Below are positions 40,180 through 48,898 of a stretch of DNA of 64,000 nt, piece by piece. The notes under the pieces are model-generated. The model saw only the letters and a program-made list of their open reading frames with translations. It made no database searches and was not told the origin of the DNA. The stretch is from an uncultured delta proteobacterium. GTDB lineage: Bacteria > Desulfobacterota > RBG-13-43-22. The stretch covers positions 1-64,000 of the forward strand of contig CAWBOS010000001.1 of the NCBI GenBank assembly GCA_963790475.1, read 5' to 3'. Position 1 is the stretch's first letter, and each line of letters opens with the position of its first letter. A program made the position numbers and the translations under genes.

Positions 40180-40854
40180 ATGGATACCCCCGACCTCAAG
40201 GATAATCAAATTATTTCTTATCTGTACCTGCGCATGCTTATCGGCGCCTTCGGCTTTGTGCTTCCCTTGTTCTGTCTGATCTATGGAATGATCTATGGCC
40301 TTCAGGATTCCATCAGTGACTATTATTACACCAGTCTGCGCAATGTTTTTGAAGGAATTCTTTTTGTGCTGGGCTTTTTTCTTCTGACCTATAAAGGGTA
40401 TGATTCCAAAGACAACCACTTTGCCAATCTTGGATTTTTATTCGCCTTAGGCGTTGCCCTTTGCCCCTGCAACTATCCCTGGGCCTGGGTCCGGATAACG
40501 CATTTTACCTCCGCCTTCCTGCTTTTCAGCGTGTTCATCTATTTTTCACTGAAGTTGTTCACCCTGAGCGTGAAGCGTGCCGAGCCAACCCGGGAGAGGA
40601 TTTTAATGAACCGGGTTTATGTAGCCTGCGGCTGGATCATGGTTTTCTGCATCGTCGCCATCGGCCTCAGCTATTGGCTATTGACGGAGGAGCTAAGAGT
40701 GGCCTGGAAAACCACTTTCTGGTTTGAAAGTGTGGCCCTGGTTGCCTTTGCCATCTCCTGGTTGACCAAGGGACATTTTTATCAGGAGTCATTTAAGTTA
40801 TTCGGAAAGGTGAGAACCTTGTTCTTCCGGGCGTTTTCCCAATCGGGGTCCTGA
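40180..40854 (+). CDS. DUF998-like membrane protein
   Basis: SISDYYYT, LLTYKGY, FWFESVALVAFAISWL; about 6 TMs. Confidence 0.7.
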   Translation: MDTPDLKDNQIISYLYLRMLIGAFGFVLPLFCLIYGMIYGLQDSISDYYYTSLRNVFEGILFVLGFFLLTYKGYDSKDNHFANLGFLFALGVALCPCNYPWAWVRITHFTSAFLLFSVFIYFSLKLFTLSVKRAEPTRERILMNRVYVACGWIMVFCIVAIGLSYWLLTEELRVAWKTTFWFESVALVAFAISWLTKGHFYQESFKLFGKVRTLFFRAFSQSGS

Positions 40855-40921
40855 CTCCGGAGATTTCATGTTTCACCTGACACCGGAAGAAAAACCGGGG
40901 GTGGGAAAAGAGAAATTCGCC

Positions 40922-41066
40922 ATGAAAAGAAAAAACAATTTTGACCGCTACCTTGAGGAACAATTAAAGGATAAAGATTTTGCCGATCGGTTCAAAAAAG
41001 GCTGGCCAGGCTTGGGATGTAGGTTTGAAAACCAAGAGAAGATCTGATTCTATCTCCTATCAATAA
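40922..41066 (+). pseudogene. N-terminal remnant of an XRE-type antitoxin/HTH regulator
   Basis: MKRKNNFDRYLEEQLKDKDFADRFKK then, after a shift in an A run, AGQAWDV; HTH part absent. Confidence 0.6.
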
Positions 41067-41098
41067 TTTATTATCATTGCCTGACCCGAAAATGCCTG

Positions 41099-41127
41099 TT
41101 GACACCCAATGGCCTCCCCATTATAAA
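41099..41127 (+). promoter_or_regulatory. Sigma70 promoter for the SDR gene
   Basis: TTGACA-17 nt-TATAAA upstream of the ATG at 41195. Confidence 0.6.
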
Positions 41128-41194
41128 CGACGTAGTTAACCCAATTCCATTTCAAAAAAAAGACCGCCAAATAATTTAAAAGGGGGAAAGAACT

Positions 41195-42001
41195 ATGGAT
41201 CTATTTTTAAAAGGAAAAGTGGCAATCGTTACCGGATCAGGATTAGGGATCGGTCGTGTGACCATCCTGACCCTGGCCGGGGAAGGAGCCAACGTGGTGG
41301 TAAATGACATCAATCAGTCCGTGGCCGAGAAGACGGCTGAAGAGGCCAGGGCGCTGGGAGTGAAGGCCATGGCTATAACAGCGGGTGTGGCCAACCAGGA
41401 CGAAGTCAATGACCTGTATAAAAAAGTGATCGAAGAATTCGGCCGGGTGGATATTCTCATCAACAATGCCGGCCGGGGTGTGCATTGGGAGGCGGGGAAA
41501 ACCCCTCGTCCCTTTGTGGAAACGGAGAAGGAAGATTGGGATTATACGGTGAACCTTTGTCTGTACGGGGTTTTTAACTGTACCCGAGCCGTTCTTCCGG
41601 GCATGATAAAGAATAATTACGGGAAGATTGTGAATATGATTTCCGATGCCGGAAAGACCGGGGAGGCCTTTATGGCGGCTTATTCGGCAGCCAAGGGGGG
41701 CATAATCGCTTTTCAAAAGGCTTTGGCCAAGGAAGTGGGGAAGTTTAATATAAACGTTAATGGTGTATCGGCCGGAGCGACCGACACGGAAAGGATACTT
41801 CAAAGTCGAGAGAAACTGAAGGCCAAAATGGGTGAGGAGGATTTCAAGAAGAGACAGGAGGCCATGTTGAAGAATTATCCGATTCGTCGCCTGGGTGAAC
41901 CCATCGATCTGTCCAGGATGTGTGTTTTTCTGTCGTCCGACGTATCCAGACATATCACCGGTCAGACCATCAGTGTCAGCGGCGGATTCAGCATGATATA
42001 A
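41195..42001 (+). CDS. Short-chain dehydrogenase (FabG/BadH-like)
   Basis: TGSGLGIG, NNAG, SDAG, YSAAK, ITGQTISVSGG. Confidence 0.93.
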   Translation: MDLFLKGKVAIVTGSGLGIGRVTILTLAGEGANVVVNDINQSVAEKTAEEARALGVKAMAITAGVANQDEVNDLYKKVIEEFGRVDILINNAGRGVHWEAGKTPRPFVETEKEDWDYTVNLCLYGVFNCTRAVLPGMIKNNYGKIVNMISDAGKTGEAFMAAYSAAKGGIIAFQKALAKEVGKFNINVNGVSAGATDTERILQSREKLKAKMGEEDFKKRQEAMLKNYPIRRLGEPIDLSRMCVFLSSDVSRHITGQTISVSGGFSMI

Positions 42002-42081
42002 GCCTGTCCGTTTTTGTCTGCCCTGTCCGCGGCAGAAGACTGGAGATTTGGCCTCGCAAAAACTGGAAATCGAAACTGTTA

Positions 42082-42256
42082 ATGGTTGACGTCGACTTGG
42101 CCATGCTTTATGGAAGGAATGACAACGAAGGTCCTCAATCAGGGTGTCAAACGAAACCAAGACCGTTTTCCGGGAGAGTTCAGGTTTCAACTGACACTTG
42201 AAGAAAAACTGGAGGCGGTCACAAATTGTGACCACCTTTTATATTGGCAAAGGTGA
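42082..42256 (+). pseudogene. ORF6N-domain DNA-binding protein remnant
   Basis: MVDVDLAMLYG / MTTKVLNQGVKRNQDRFPGEFRFQLT...VTNCDHL; frame broken by a GGAA duplication near 42112-42119. Confidence 0.8.
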
Positions 42257-42289
42257 AATTGAATTTAATACAACTTAGAAGGAGATATT

Positions 42290-43489
42290 GTGCAAAGAGT
42301 ACTTGATGACATCAGGGTTCTGGATTTCGGGCGGTTCATTTCCTGCCCGTACTGCGGCATGATTCTGGCGGACATGGGTGCGGAAGTGATCCGGGTGGAC
42401 CGGCCCGGTGGAGAAGAAGATCGAACCCACAGCCTCATAGGGCCGGACGGCAACAATTTGTCCTTCCCCAGTTATGCCCGGAATAAAAAGGGCATTACTT
42501 TGAAGCTTTCCCAAAAAAAACCGGAGGTCCGGGAGATTTTAGACTCCCTGGTGAAGCAATGTGATGTGGTGATTCACAATTTCACGCCGGCGGCAGCCGA
42601 ATCCATGGGCCTTGCTTACGATCGTCTGGCGGCTGTAAAACCGGACATTATTTTAACGGCCATTTCCTGTTTCGGAGACGAAGGCCCCTATCGAAATCGA
42701 ACGGGATTTGATTTCATCGCCCAGGCCATGTCCGGGGCCATGAATTGCGGGGGATTTCCCGACAAACCGCCCATAAGGGCTTTTTTCAATCCCATGGATT
42801 ACGCCACTGCTCTGGCTGCCGCCGTCGGCACCCTTCTGGCCCTGCGCCACCGGGACAAAACGGGAGAAGGCCAGAAGGTCGATCTGGCGCTTTTAAGGAC
42901 AGCCCTTTCCTTTACGGCCCCCATCATTGCCGAAAAGGAAGTGCTGGGACGTGACAGGCCCATGATCGCCAACCGCGCCCCCTATCTGACGACCACGGAT
43001 TTATTTGAATGCCAGGATGGCTATGTGTTCATCGCCTCCATCATGAACAGTATCTGGAGACGCCTGGCCAGACTCATCGGTCATGAGGAACTCATCAATG
43101 ACCCGGAGTTGTACAATGACCTGAGCCGCTTTGAACACCGGGACAAAATCGATCCCCTGGTGGCGGACTGGATCAGTAAGCGCACGGTGGACCAGGTGAT
43201 GGCTGAAATGGAAGCCGCCCATATCCCCTGCAGCCCCTACTACGACCTGGGCCAGGTGTCCCAAGATCCCCACATTCGGGAAACCGGCATGCTGCCCTTG
43301 GTGGATATGGAGGTGCCCGGTCTGAAACCGTTGCCGGTCAGCCCCAATCCGATCAAGTTGTCAAAAACACCCGGGAGGATAGAAACCCGCGCGCCTCGCC
43401 CCGGAGAACACAATCTCGAAATTTACGGGAGATTACTGGGGTACGATAAAGAAACGCTGGAAGAATTGGCCGCGAAAGGGATCATCTGA
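42290..43489 (+). CDS. CaiB/BaiF family III CoA transferase
   Basis: LDDIRVLD, LADMGAEVIRVD, RNKKGITL, GFDFIAQAMSG, APRPGEHN; GGAG RBS and GTG start. Confidence 0.93.
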   Translation: MQRVLDDIRVLDFGRFISCPYCGMILADMGAEVIRVDRPGGEEDRTHSLIGPDGNNLSFPSYARNKKGITLKLSQKKPEVREILDSLVKQCDVVIHNFTPAAAESMGLAYDRLAAVKPDIILTAISCFGDEGPYRNRTGFDFIAQAMSGAMNCGGFPDKPPIRAFFNPMDYATALAAAVGTLLALRHRDKTGEGQKVDLALLRTALSFTAPIIAEKEVLGRDRPMIANRAPYLTTTDLFECQDGYVFIASIMNSIWRRLARLIGHEELINDPELYNDLSRFEHRDKIDPLVADWISKRTVDQVMAEMEAAHIPCSPYYDLGQVSQDPHIRETGMLPLVDMEVPGLKPLPVSPNPIKLSKTPGRIETRAPRPGEHNLEIYGRLLGYDKETLEELAAKGII

Positions 43490-43547
43490 AAAGGGAGCAG
43501 AAAGGGTGGGGTTTTTGTCTATCCGTGGCAAAAAACAGTTAAAATTT

Positions 43548-43585
43548 GGTTAAAACAGGCCAAGACAGACAGCGCTTGATGCCCC
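43548..43585 (+). repeat. Dispersed repeat family C, partial copy
   Basis: GGTTAAAACAGGCCAAGACAGACAGCGCTTGATGCCCC matches 49843-49880 with 3 mismatches. Confidence 0.7.
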
Positions 43586-43638
43586 GGCTTTCCCATTCAT
43601 GAGCAAGCTCTTATTAAAGGCTACCGATAATTTTCGGC

Positions 43639-44409
43639 TCATTTCAAGCCCTCTCTCTTACAGCCATAGATTAAAGCGTAACGATAATAATATTTAAAGA
43701 AAGGGACCAGGCGCTTTAAATTATCATCTAAAAAAGCGGCAAATTTCATTATTGGATTTTTCTCGGTGTTAAATAAAAAAACGGAAATACAACTCAGCGG
43801 GACAGAAAACAACTGATAGGAGATTAACTCTAAGTTGAAAATTTTACTGATAGTGCGCAAGTCGATGAATCGTAAGGCTTGCTCATCAATAGTTCTGGCT
43901 TTGGGGGTAAAATATCTGATCATTTTTGAGAACGGATTTATATCTAATGGTTCAGCAAACAGGATAATTCCATTAGGTTTTAAAACACGATTAAACTCGG
44001 ACACCGCTTTATTTATATCTAAATGATGTAATACCGAAACTCCAAAAATGAGATCAAATGACTCATCCTGGAATTTTAACTCGTGGGCATCCATCAGATG
44101 GAAAATAGGTTTCACCCTGCTGCCCCCGGCAAGGGTCAAACCCAATTCCAGCTCCAATTCTGAAATATTGATGCAGTGCAACTCACCTGGACTTATTCCG
44201 ATATCCTCAATCCAGGCTTTCCAGCCTAGAGCGCCTATCTCAAGACACATTTTATTATTACTATCAGGCATATATTTTTTCACGTCATTTAAGAGTTGGA
44301 TATCTAATAGTTTAATTGAATGGGATAGAAGCTTATTAAGATTACCTCGCCTTACAGCCCCCTCATTGTACTGCTCTTGTTCCCTTTTGACTCTATCCCT
44401 ATAATCCAT
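43639..44409 (-). CDS. Class I SAM-dependent methyltransferase (AT-rich gene)
   Basis: LEIGA, INISE, MDAHELKFQDESFDLI, VLHHL, RVLKPNG. Confidence 0.88.
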   Translation of the reverse strand: MDYRDRVKREQEQYNEGAVRRGNLNKLLSHSIKLLDIQLLNDVKKYMPDSNNKMCLEIGALGWKAWIEDIGISPGELHCINISELELELGLTLAGGSRVKPIFHLMDAHELKFQDESFDLIFGVSVLHHLDINKAVSEFNRVLKPNGIILFAEPLDINPFSKMIRYFTPKARTIDEQALRFIDLRTISKIFNLELISYQLFSVPLSCISVFLFNTEKNPIMKFAAFLDDNLKRLVPFFKYYYRYALIYGCKREGLK

Positions 44410-44521
44410 TATCTCTTCTCTCCATTAAACTTGGGATATAGTTGCGGTTGCTAAGCAGGTAATCTTTACTTCGCTTCTATTAAGATTACCTCGTAGAAAG
44501 AGTCGAGAGGTACGCTGGAAA

Positions 44522-45955
44522 TCAGGATGCCTTTACGAATCTTCTCTTAATTTCGGCATACTTGGCCAGGGTAGCCATGGCCCTTGCGGCAGCCTCCGGC
44601 GTGTTATAAGAAGTAATGCCGGCAGCGTCCATCGCTTTTAAAATCAGTTCATTGGTGAAAGCAATGCCGCTAAGCCCCACTGTGACCACAGGCTTCCCCA
44701 GTTTCAGCGGTATAGCCGTGAGTAATTCGGCGGCCCGGGTCAAAAGCTCTTTCTGCTCAACCACGGACGACCCGGAGGAATCAGCCCAGGTAATTGGCGT
44801 ATTGCAGATAAGCCCGTTTATATAGTCCAGTTGAGCCATCTTGTTCAGAACACCAACCTCTTGAAGAGCGGTGCGGTTTGACCCGGCAAAGTCTACCGGG
44901 TTCGTTGGAGCAGGCGCATGGGGAGGAAACTCCAGGTCCGATATGATGAACTTTACGTCTTCCTCCTTCAGCTCAGGAACCTCCAGGCCCATCGAGACAC
45001 AGGTATCAGCAAGGACCACGCACAACCCCCCGGTACCGAGAATTCCCATCCTGTTGCCTCCGGGTAATGGTTGTCTGGTGAGAATCGCGGCCGCATCGAG
45101 GAGGCTGAGTAATTCATCAACCCGGATAAAACCTGCCTGTCGGCACATGGCATCAAAAACTCTATCTTCACCAGCTATGGAAGCGGTGTGTGACATGGTG
45201 ACCCTGGCAATAGACTGGTTTTTGCCCGCTTTGTAGATAATAACCGGCTTCTTTCCAGCTATTTTCCTGCCTGCGTTAAACAGCTTTTTGCCGTCATGTA
45301 AGCCCTCTACATACATGACCACGACCTTTGTTTCTGGGTCATCAGCCAGATACTCCAGGTAATCCGCTACATCCAGGTCAGCCTGATTCCCGGCACTGAT
45401 GAAACTGCTCAGCCCGCAGCCTCTACCGGCCGCCGCCCGGGCGAAGATACCGCCAAAAGTGCCGCTCTGGGATATAAAGCCAATAGAACCCCTTGGAACT
45501 CCACCGGGAAGGGACAGGTTAAGGTTGGCAGCAGCGCTATAGATACCCATGCAATTGGGTCCAACGAAACGTAGACCCCCCTGCCGGGCAATTCCGGTGA
45601 CCTCCTCCTGAAGGGCTTGCCCACGGCTGCCGGTCTCGGCAAATCCAGCCGTTATCAGGACAGCTCCCTTTATACCTTTTTGAACGCATTCCCGCATGGC
45701 CTGTGGTACCTGCTCAGCCCGAACAGCTATTACAGCCAGGTCAATCAGGTCAGGAACATCAAGGACAGTGCGGTAGGCCGGCAGACCAAGTATTTTTTCT
45801 TCCCTTGGATTTATAGGGTAGATAGCCCCCTGGTAGCCGTCTGTTTGCATCGACAGGATGATATCATTGCCCCATTTGAAAGGAACACCGGAAGCACCGA
45901 TTACCGCTACCGACCTTGGCGCAAAAATTGGGCGTAGTTGCTCACTAATGTTCAT
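44522..45955 (-). CDS. Acyl-CoA synthetase (NDP-forming) alpha subunit
   Basis: PRSVAVIGAS, GPNCMG, SQSG, GNQAD, SHTA phospho-His, NPVD; no ATP-grasp domain. Confidence 0.9.
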   Translation of the reverse strand: MNISEQLRPIFAPRSVAVIGASGVPFKWGNDIILSMQTDGYQGAIYPINPREEKILGLPAYRTVLDVPDLIDLAVIAVRAEQVPQAMRECVQKGIKGAVLITAGFAETGSRGQALQEEVTGIARQGGLRFVGPNCMGIYSAAANLNLSLPGGVPRGSIGFISQSGTFGGIFARAAAGRGCGLSSFISAGNQADLDVADYLEYLADDPETKVVVMYVEGLHDGKKLFNAGRKIAGKKPVIIYKAGKNQSIARVTMSHTASIAGEDRVFDAMCRQAGFIRVDELLSLLDAAAILTRQPLPGGNRMGILGTGGLCVVLADTCVSMGLEVPELKEEDVKFIISDLEFPPHAPAPTNPVDFAGSNRTALQEVGVLNKMAQLDYINGLICNTPITWADSSGSSVVEQKELLTRAAELLTAIPLKLGKPVVTVGLSGIAFTNELILKAMDAAGITSYNTPEAAARAMATLAKYAEIKRRFVKAS

Positions 45956-46154
45956 AGTCAGGGTTCCTCCTCCTCAAGCGTCTTCATTCATTTTTAGCCT
46001 TTTAGATAGCCTACACAATAAAAGGTTCTCGGGAGACCCCCAAGAACCTCCTTACTAAAATATATAATTGTGCCTCAGAGCTTGTCAAACAGATTAACTA
46101 TCCTATCCCCCTAACTCCTTTTCCCTGAATCGACACTTGTTAACCCCAAGCAAC

Positions 46155-46185
46155 AAAAAAGGCAGAGCCATTTCTTGACTCTGCC
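46155..46185 (-). terminator. Rho-independent terminator downstream of mop
   Basis: Minus strand GGCAGAGTCA-loop-TGGCTCTGCC followed by T6. Confidence 0.6.
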
Positions 46186-46401
46186 CCTGCTAACTGAAAA
46201 ATTGGATATCGACCTTACTTCTTAAACTTCTTCCTGCCAACACCCCTTACAGTCCGACAAACACCAAGCCTTTCACTAATAATTCGCTTCCGGGAACAGT
46301 CTTGATCGTGGACCTTGGTTCAAGACCTTTGCAGATACGGTTGCGATCCCAGAGCCCGTCCTCGAATCCTCTATTATGTTCCTGCTTGTTCCGGTGGCCT
46401 G

Positions 46402-46608
46402 CTATTTACCGATCATGACACTACTGGCTTTTATCAGAGCGATAACCTTATCACCCTTTTTTAATTTGAGGTCATTGACGGCTTCGACTGTAATTGTGGA
46501 AGTGATCACATTACCATTGCCAATATCGATTTTCACTTTTGCCGCGACCTCGCCTTTAACAACCTCAATAATCTCACCCTTAATCTGATTTCTCGTACTT
46601 AATTTCAT
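46402..46608 (-). CDS. mop: Molbindin (TOBE-domain Mo/W-binding protein)
   Basis: MKLSTRNQIKG...ITSTIT...ALIKASSV; GAGGAGG RBS. Confidence 0.93.
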   Translation of the reverse strand: MKLSTRNQIKGEIIEVVKGEVAAKVKIDIGNGNVITSTITVEAVNDLKLKKGDKVIALIKASSVMIGK

Positions 46609-46823
46609 GGTGTTCCTCCTCAAGATAGTATAAAAATGTGTGTGCCCTTTCCTAAGACTGTCTGGATACCTTCACAAATTGGCTGGAACAACTTGACTGA
46701 TTTCTCTTTTCTACTGATCGGCTTCTCGTATCCACCTCCTCTCCCTTGGCGATCATAGTATGGCACCTCCGTTACTCCTGGCCTTCGGTAAAGCTTGAGA
46801 CCGTTTTTCGCCGGCAACAATCG

Positions 46824-47153
46824 CTATTTGGCGCATTTCGACAGGAGAAGACCCCAAAAGAGTGACCCCCAGGCAATAACCACTACATAAGTTGCTATCT
46901 CCGCACTGTCAATTTTACGGAGTCTTTTGATGATCAGAATGCTGATAATGACCACAATCGCGCTGAATACGAGCACCCCGGCAATCAACTTAATGAAACC
47001 TCCAGACCGGATTCTTTGGGAGAAAGGGTCTAATAAGGGTTTTTGGTGACGGCTGAAATGGCTACTCCTATTAATTCCCGAAACTCGTTGGGGGATCGGC
47101 CCATCATTCTTTCTATGGATCGTGGTTCCCGAAAGGCTTTTAAAGTTCACCAA
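46824..47153 (-). CDS. Hypothetical small membrane protein or fragment
   Basis: Two hydrophobic segments in the C-terminal half; start uncertain. Confidence 0.35.
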   Translation of the reverse strand: MVNFKSLSGTTIHRKNDGPIPQRVSGINRSSHFSRHQKPLLDPFSQRIRSGGFIKLIAGVLVFSAIVVIISILIIKRLRKIDSAEIATYVVVIAWGSLFWGLLLSKCAK

Positions 47154-47261
47154 TTCCCATTGCGCCAGGCTACTGAATATTCTTCGTTAATCTCCTTGAT
47201 TTCGTGATGTTTTTTTCGCAAGCTCCACAGCCTTCTTTGGGATTATCTCCAATTATTAGTT

Positions 47262-47303
47262 AGTTATATTATGTAAAATATGACATATAACTTCTGCTGT
47301 CAA
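47262..47303 (-). promoter_or_regulatory. Sigma70-like promoter overlapped by a palindromic operator
   Basis: Minus strand TTGACA-17 nt-TATTTT; inverted repeat AGTTATAT-N15-ATATAACT at 47262-47292. Confidence 0.5.
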
Positions 47304-47447
47304 GGAAATTATCCTCCACCATAAGGCTGTAATTGCCATCTGGGCCAACAGGCCTTCGGATTTAGGATTTATTTCATCTGATCGATGATATCTTCAGCGG
47401 TGCTGATGACGTAGTGGGATAAATCCCTGGCCTTGGGACTACGCGGA

Positions 47448-48305
47448 TCAGCTCCAGTCATAAAAACCCTTGCCGCTGTTGGCACCGAACTCTCCGTTTT
47501 TCACCATCCGCATCAGGGTCAGGGGCGGATACATGCGCGGGTCATTGGAACCCTGGTACATTTGAAGGGCCACGCGCAGCATGGTGGGTGTGGTAACAAA
47601 ATCATGGAGTTTAAAGGTTCCCTGAGGATGGCCCAGACTGGTGTTCAAACCGATGTCACCGTCTTCAACCTTGATCTTACCCTGTTCCAGCAGGCGCACG
47701 GCGTCCAGCATCTGGGGAACCAGCAGTCGATTAACCCAAAACCCCGGGATGTTGGGTGCCAGAAAAGGGGCCTTCTTCATATCCAGCAGTGTCTGGCGGG
47801 TGAACTCGACGGTTTGAGCCGAGGTCTTTTCGCCGGGAACCACTTCAACACCCGGCATCATCGGAACCGGATTCATACCGTGGGTAATGATGGAACGCTC
47901 CGGACGACCACCGGCTTCGGCCATGGGGTTGATGTCCAGACTGCTGGTGTTGGACCAGAAGACGACCCTTGGGGGAAGCTGAGGGAGATATTCCGCCAGT
48001 ACTTTGCACTTCAGCTTCAAATCCTCAAATATGACCTCCAAAAAAACATCGCAGCTTTTGGCGGCCACGATGAAGGCCTCTTTGCCGTCGTAGACCGTGA
48101 TTTTGGCTGCGGCCCTGGTCGCAAAATCCGGATCATCGATTTTGAATTTTTTAGCCACCGTTGCGGCCAGCTTTTCGCACCCGGAAACAACTCCGGAAAG
48201 ACTCTCCGGATTGGCGTCAAAACAGTGAACCTCATGTCCGGTCATCGAACACTGTGTAATCCAGCCGCGTCCCATAATACCCGTACCAAGAATCGCAAAT
48301 TTCAT
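47448..48305 (-). CDS. 3-hydroxyacyl-CoA dehydrogenase family
   Basis: GTGIMG, EVIFEDLKLK, SNTSS, HGMNP, PGFWVNR, GKGFY. Confidence 0.93.
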   Translation of the reverse strand: MKFAILGTGIMGRGWITQCSMTGHEVHCFDANPESLSGVVSGCEKLAATVAKKFKIDDPDFATRAAAKITVYDGKEAFIVAAKSCDVFLEVIFEDLKLKCKVLAEYLPQLPPRVVFWSNTSSLDINPMAEAGGRPERSIITHGMNPVPMMPGVEVVPGEKTSAQTVEFTRQTLLDMKKAPFLAPNIPGFWVNRLLVPQMLDAVRLLEQGKIKVEDGDIGLNTSLGHPQGTFKLHDFVTTPTMLRVALQMYQGSNDPRMYPPLTLMRMVKNGEFGANSGKGFYDWS

Positions 48306-48334
48306 TTTTCCCCTCCCTTTTTATCAAAAAATAT

Positions 48335-48564
48335 TGACTGCGCCTGTAAGTTGTAACCTTTTTTGAGAGAGACTCATTGTATTTTCCAGTCCCTCCGGCT
48401 TAACAGCCACTGGAGCAGGAGGCCGGTCATTTGATGAACCAGGCCGCCCAACTGTATTATATTCTACCTGCCACCCATCAACAAGACCTTTTTGCTTCAA
48501 ACCACGTTTCCAGAGTCTCGCGATTCAGCCATTCATCCCGCAACCGGCCCTTAAATGATTCAAT
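48335..48564 (-). mobile_element. IS3-family remnant (integrase C-terminus plus right end)
   Basis: IESFKGRLRDEWLNRE...EAK / VLVDGWQVEYNT...RPPAP, followed by a terminus ending GGCGCAGTCA (IS3-type CA end). Confidence 0.75.
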
Positions 48565-48717
48565 TTCTGGTTATTGTTTTAGTTTTTCATTTTGTGTATA
48601 TCATATAGGGGGGATGGCTTGCAGCCCTGAAATTTTAAATGGATCACATCGTTCGGAAAGATGAAAGCCAAAAATCCTAAATCGTTCTCATCCGGAAATA
48701 ACGGATGTGAAACTATT

Positions 48718-48860
48718 GGTTTCCAATTCGGAAACGAGGAATTTTTTGTCCTGGCAAGGAAATCAAGGGATTGCACGGAGGCGTACATGGGTACGCCGCA
48801 CAAACAATCCTGTAGATTGACACAGCCAGGGCGAAAAAGGACCGTTCCCGGATGGAAAAT
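48718..48860. repeat. MITE-like element with GAGGCGTAC...GTACGCCGC core
   Basis: Imperfect inverted ends TTCCAATTCGGAAACG / CGTTCCCGGATGGAA; inner CCTGGC/GCCAGG stem; core shared with 52908-53097. Confidence 0.6.
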
Positions 48861-48898
48861 AAATCGGTTAATGAACCCATTAAATAAGGAGGGAATCA

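Noticed and set aside
43639-44409. Integron cassette origin of the AT-rich methyltransferase
   Set aside because: No attC-like RYYYAAC...GTTRRRY hairpin or integrase was seen nearby.
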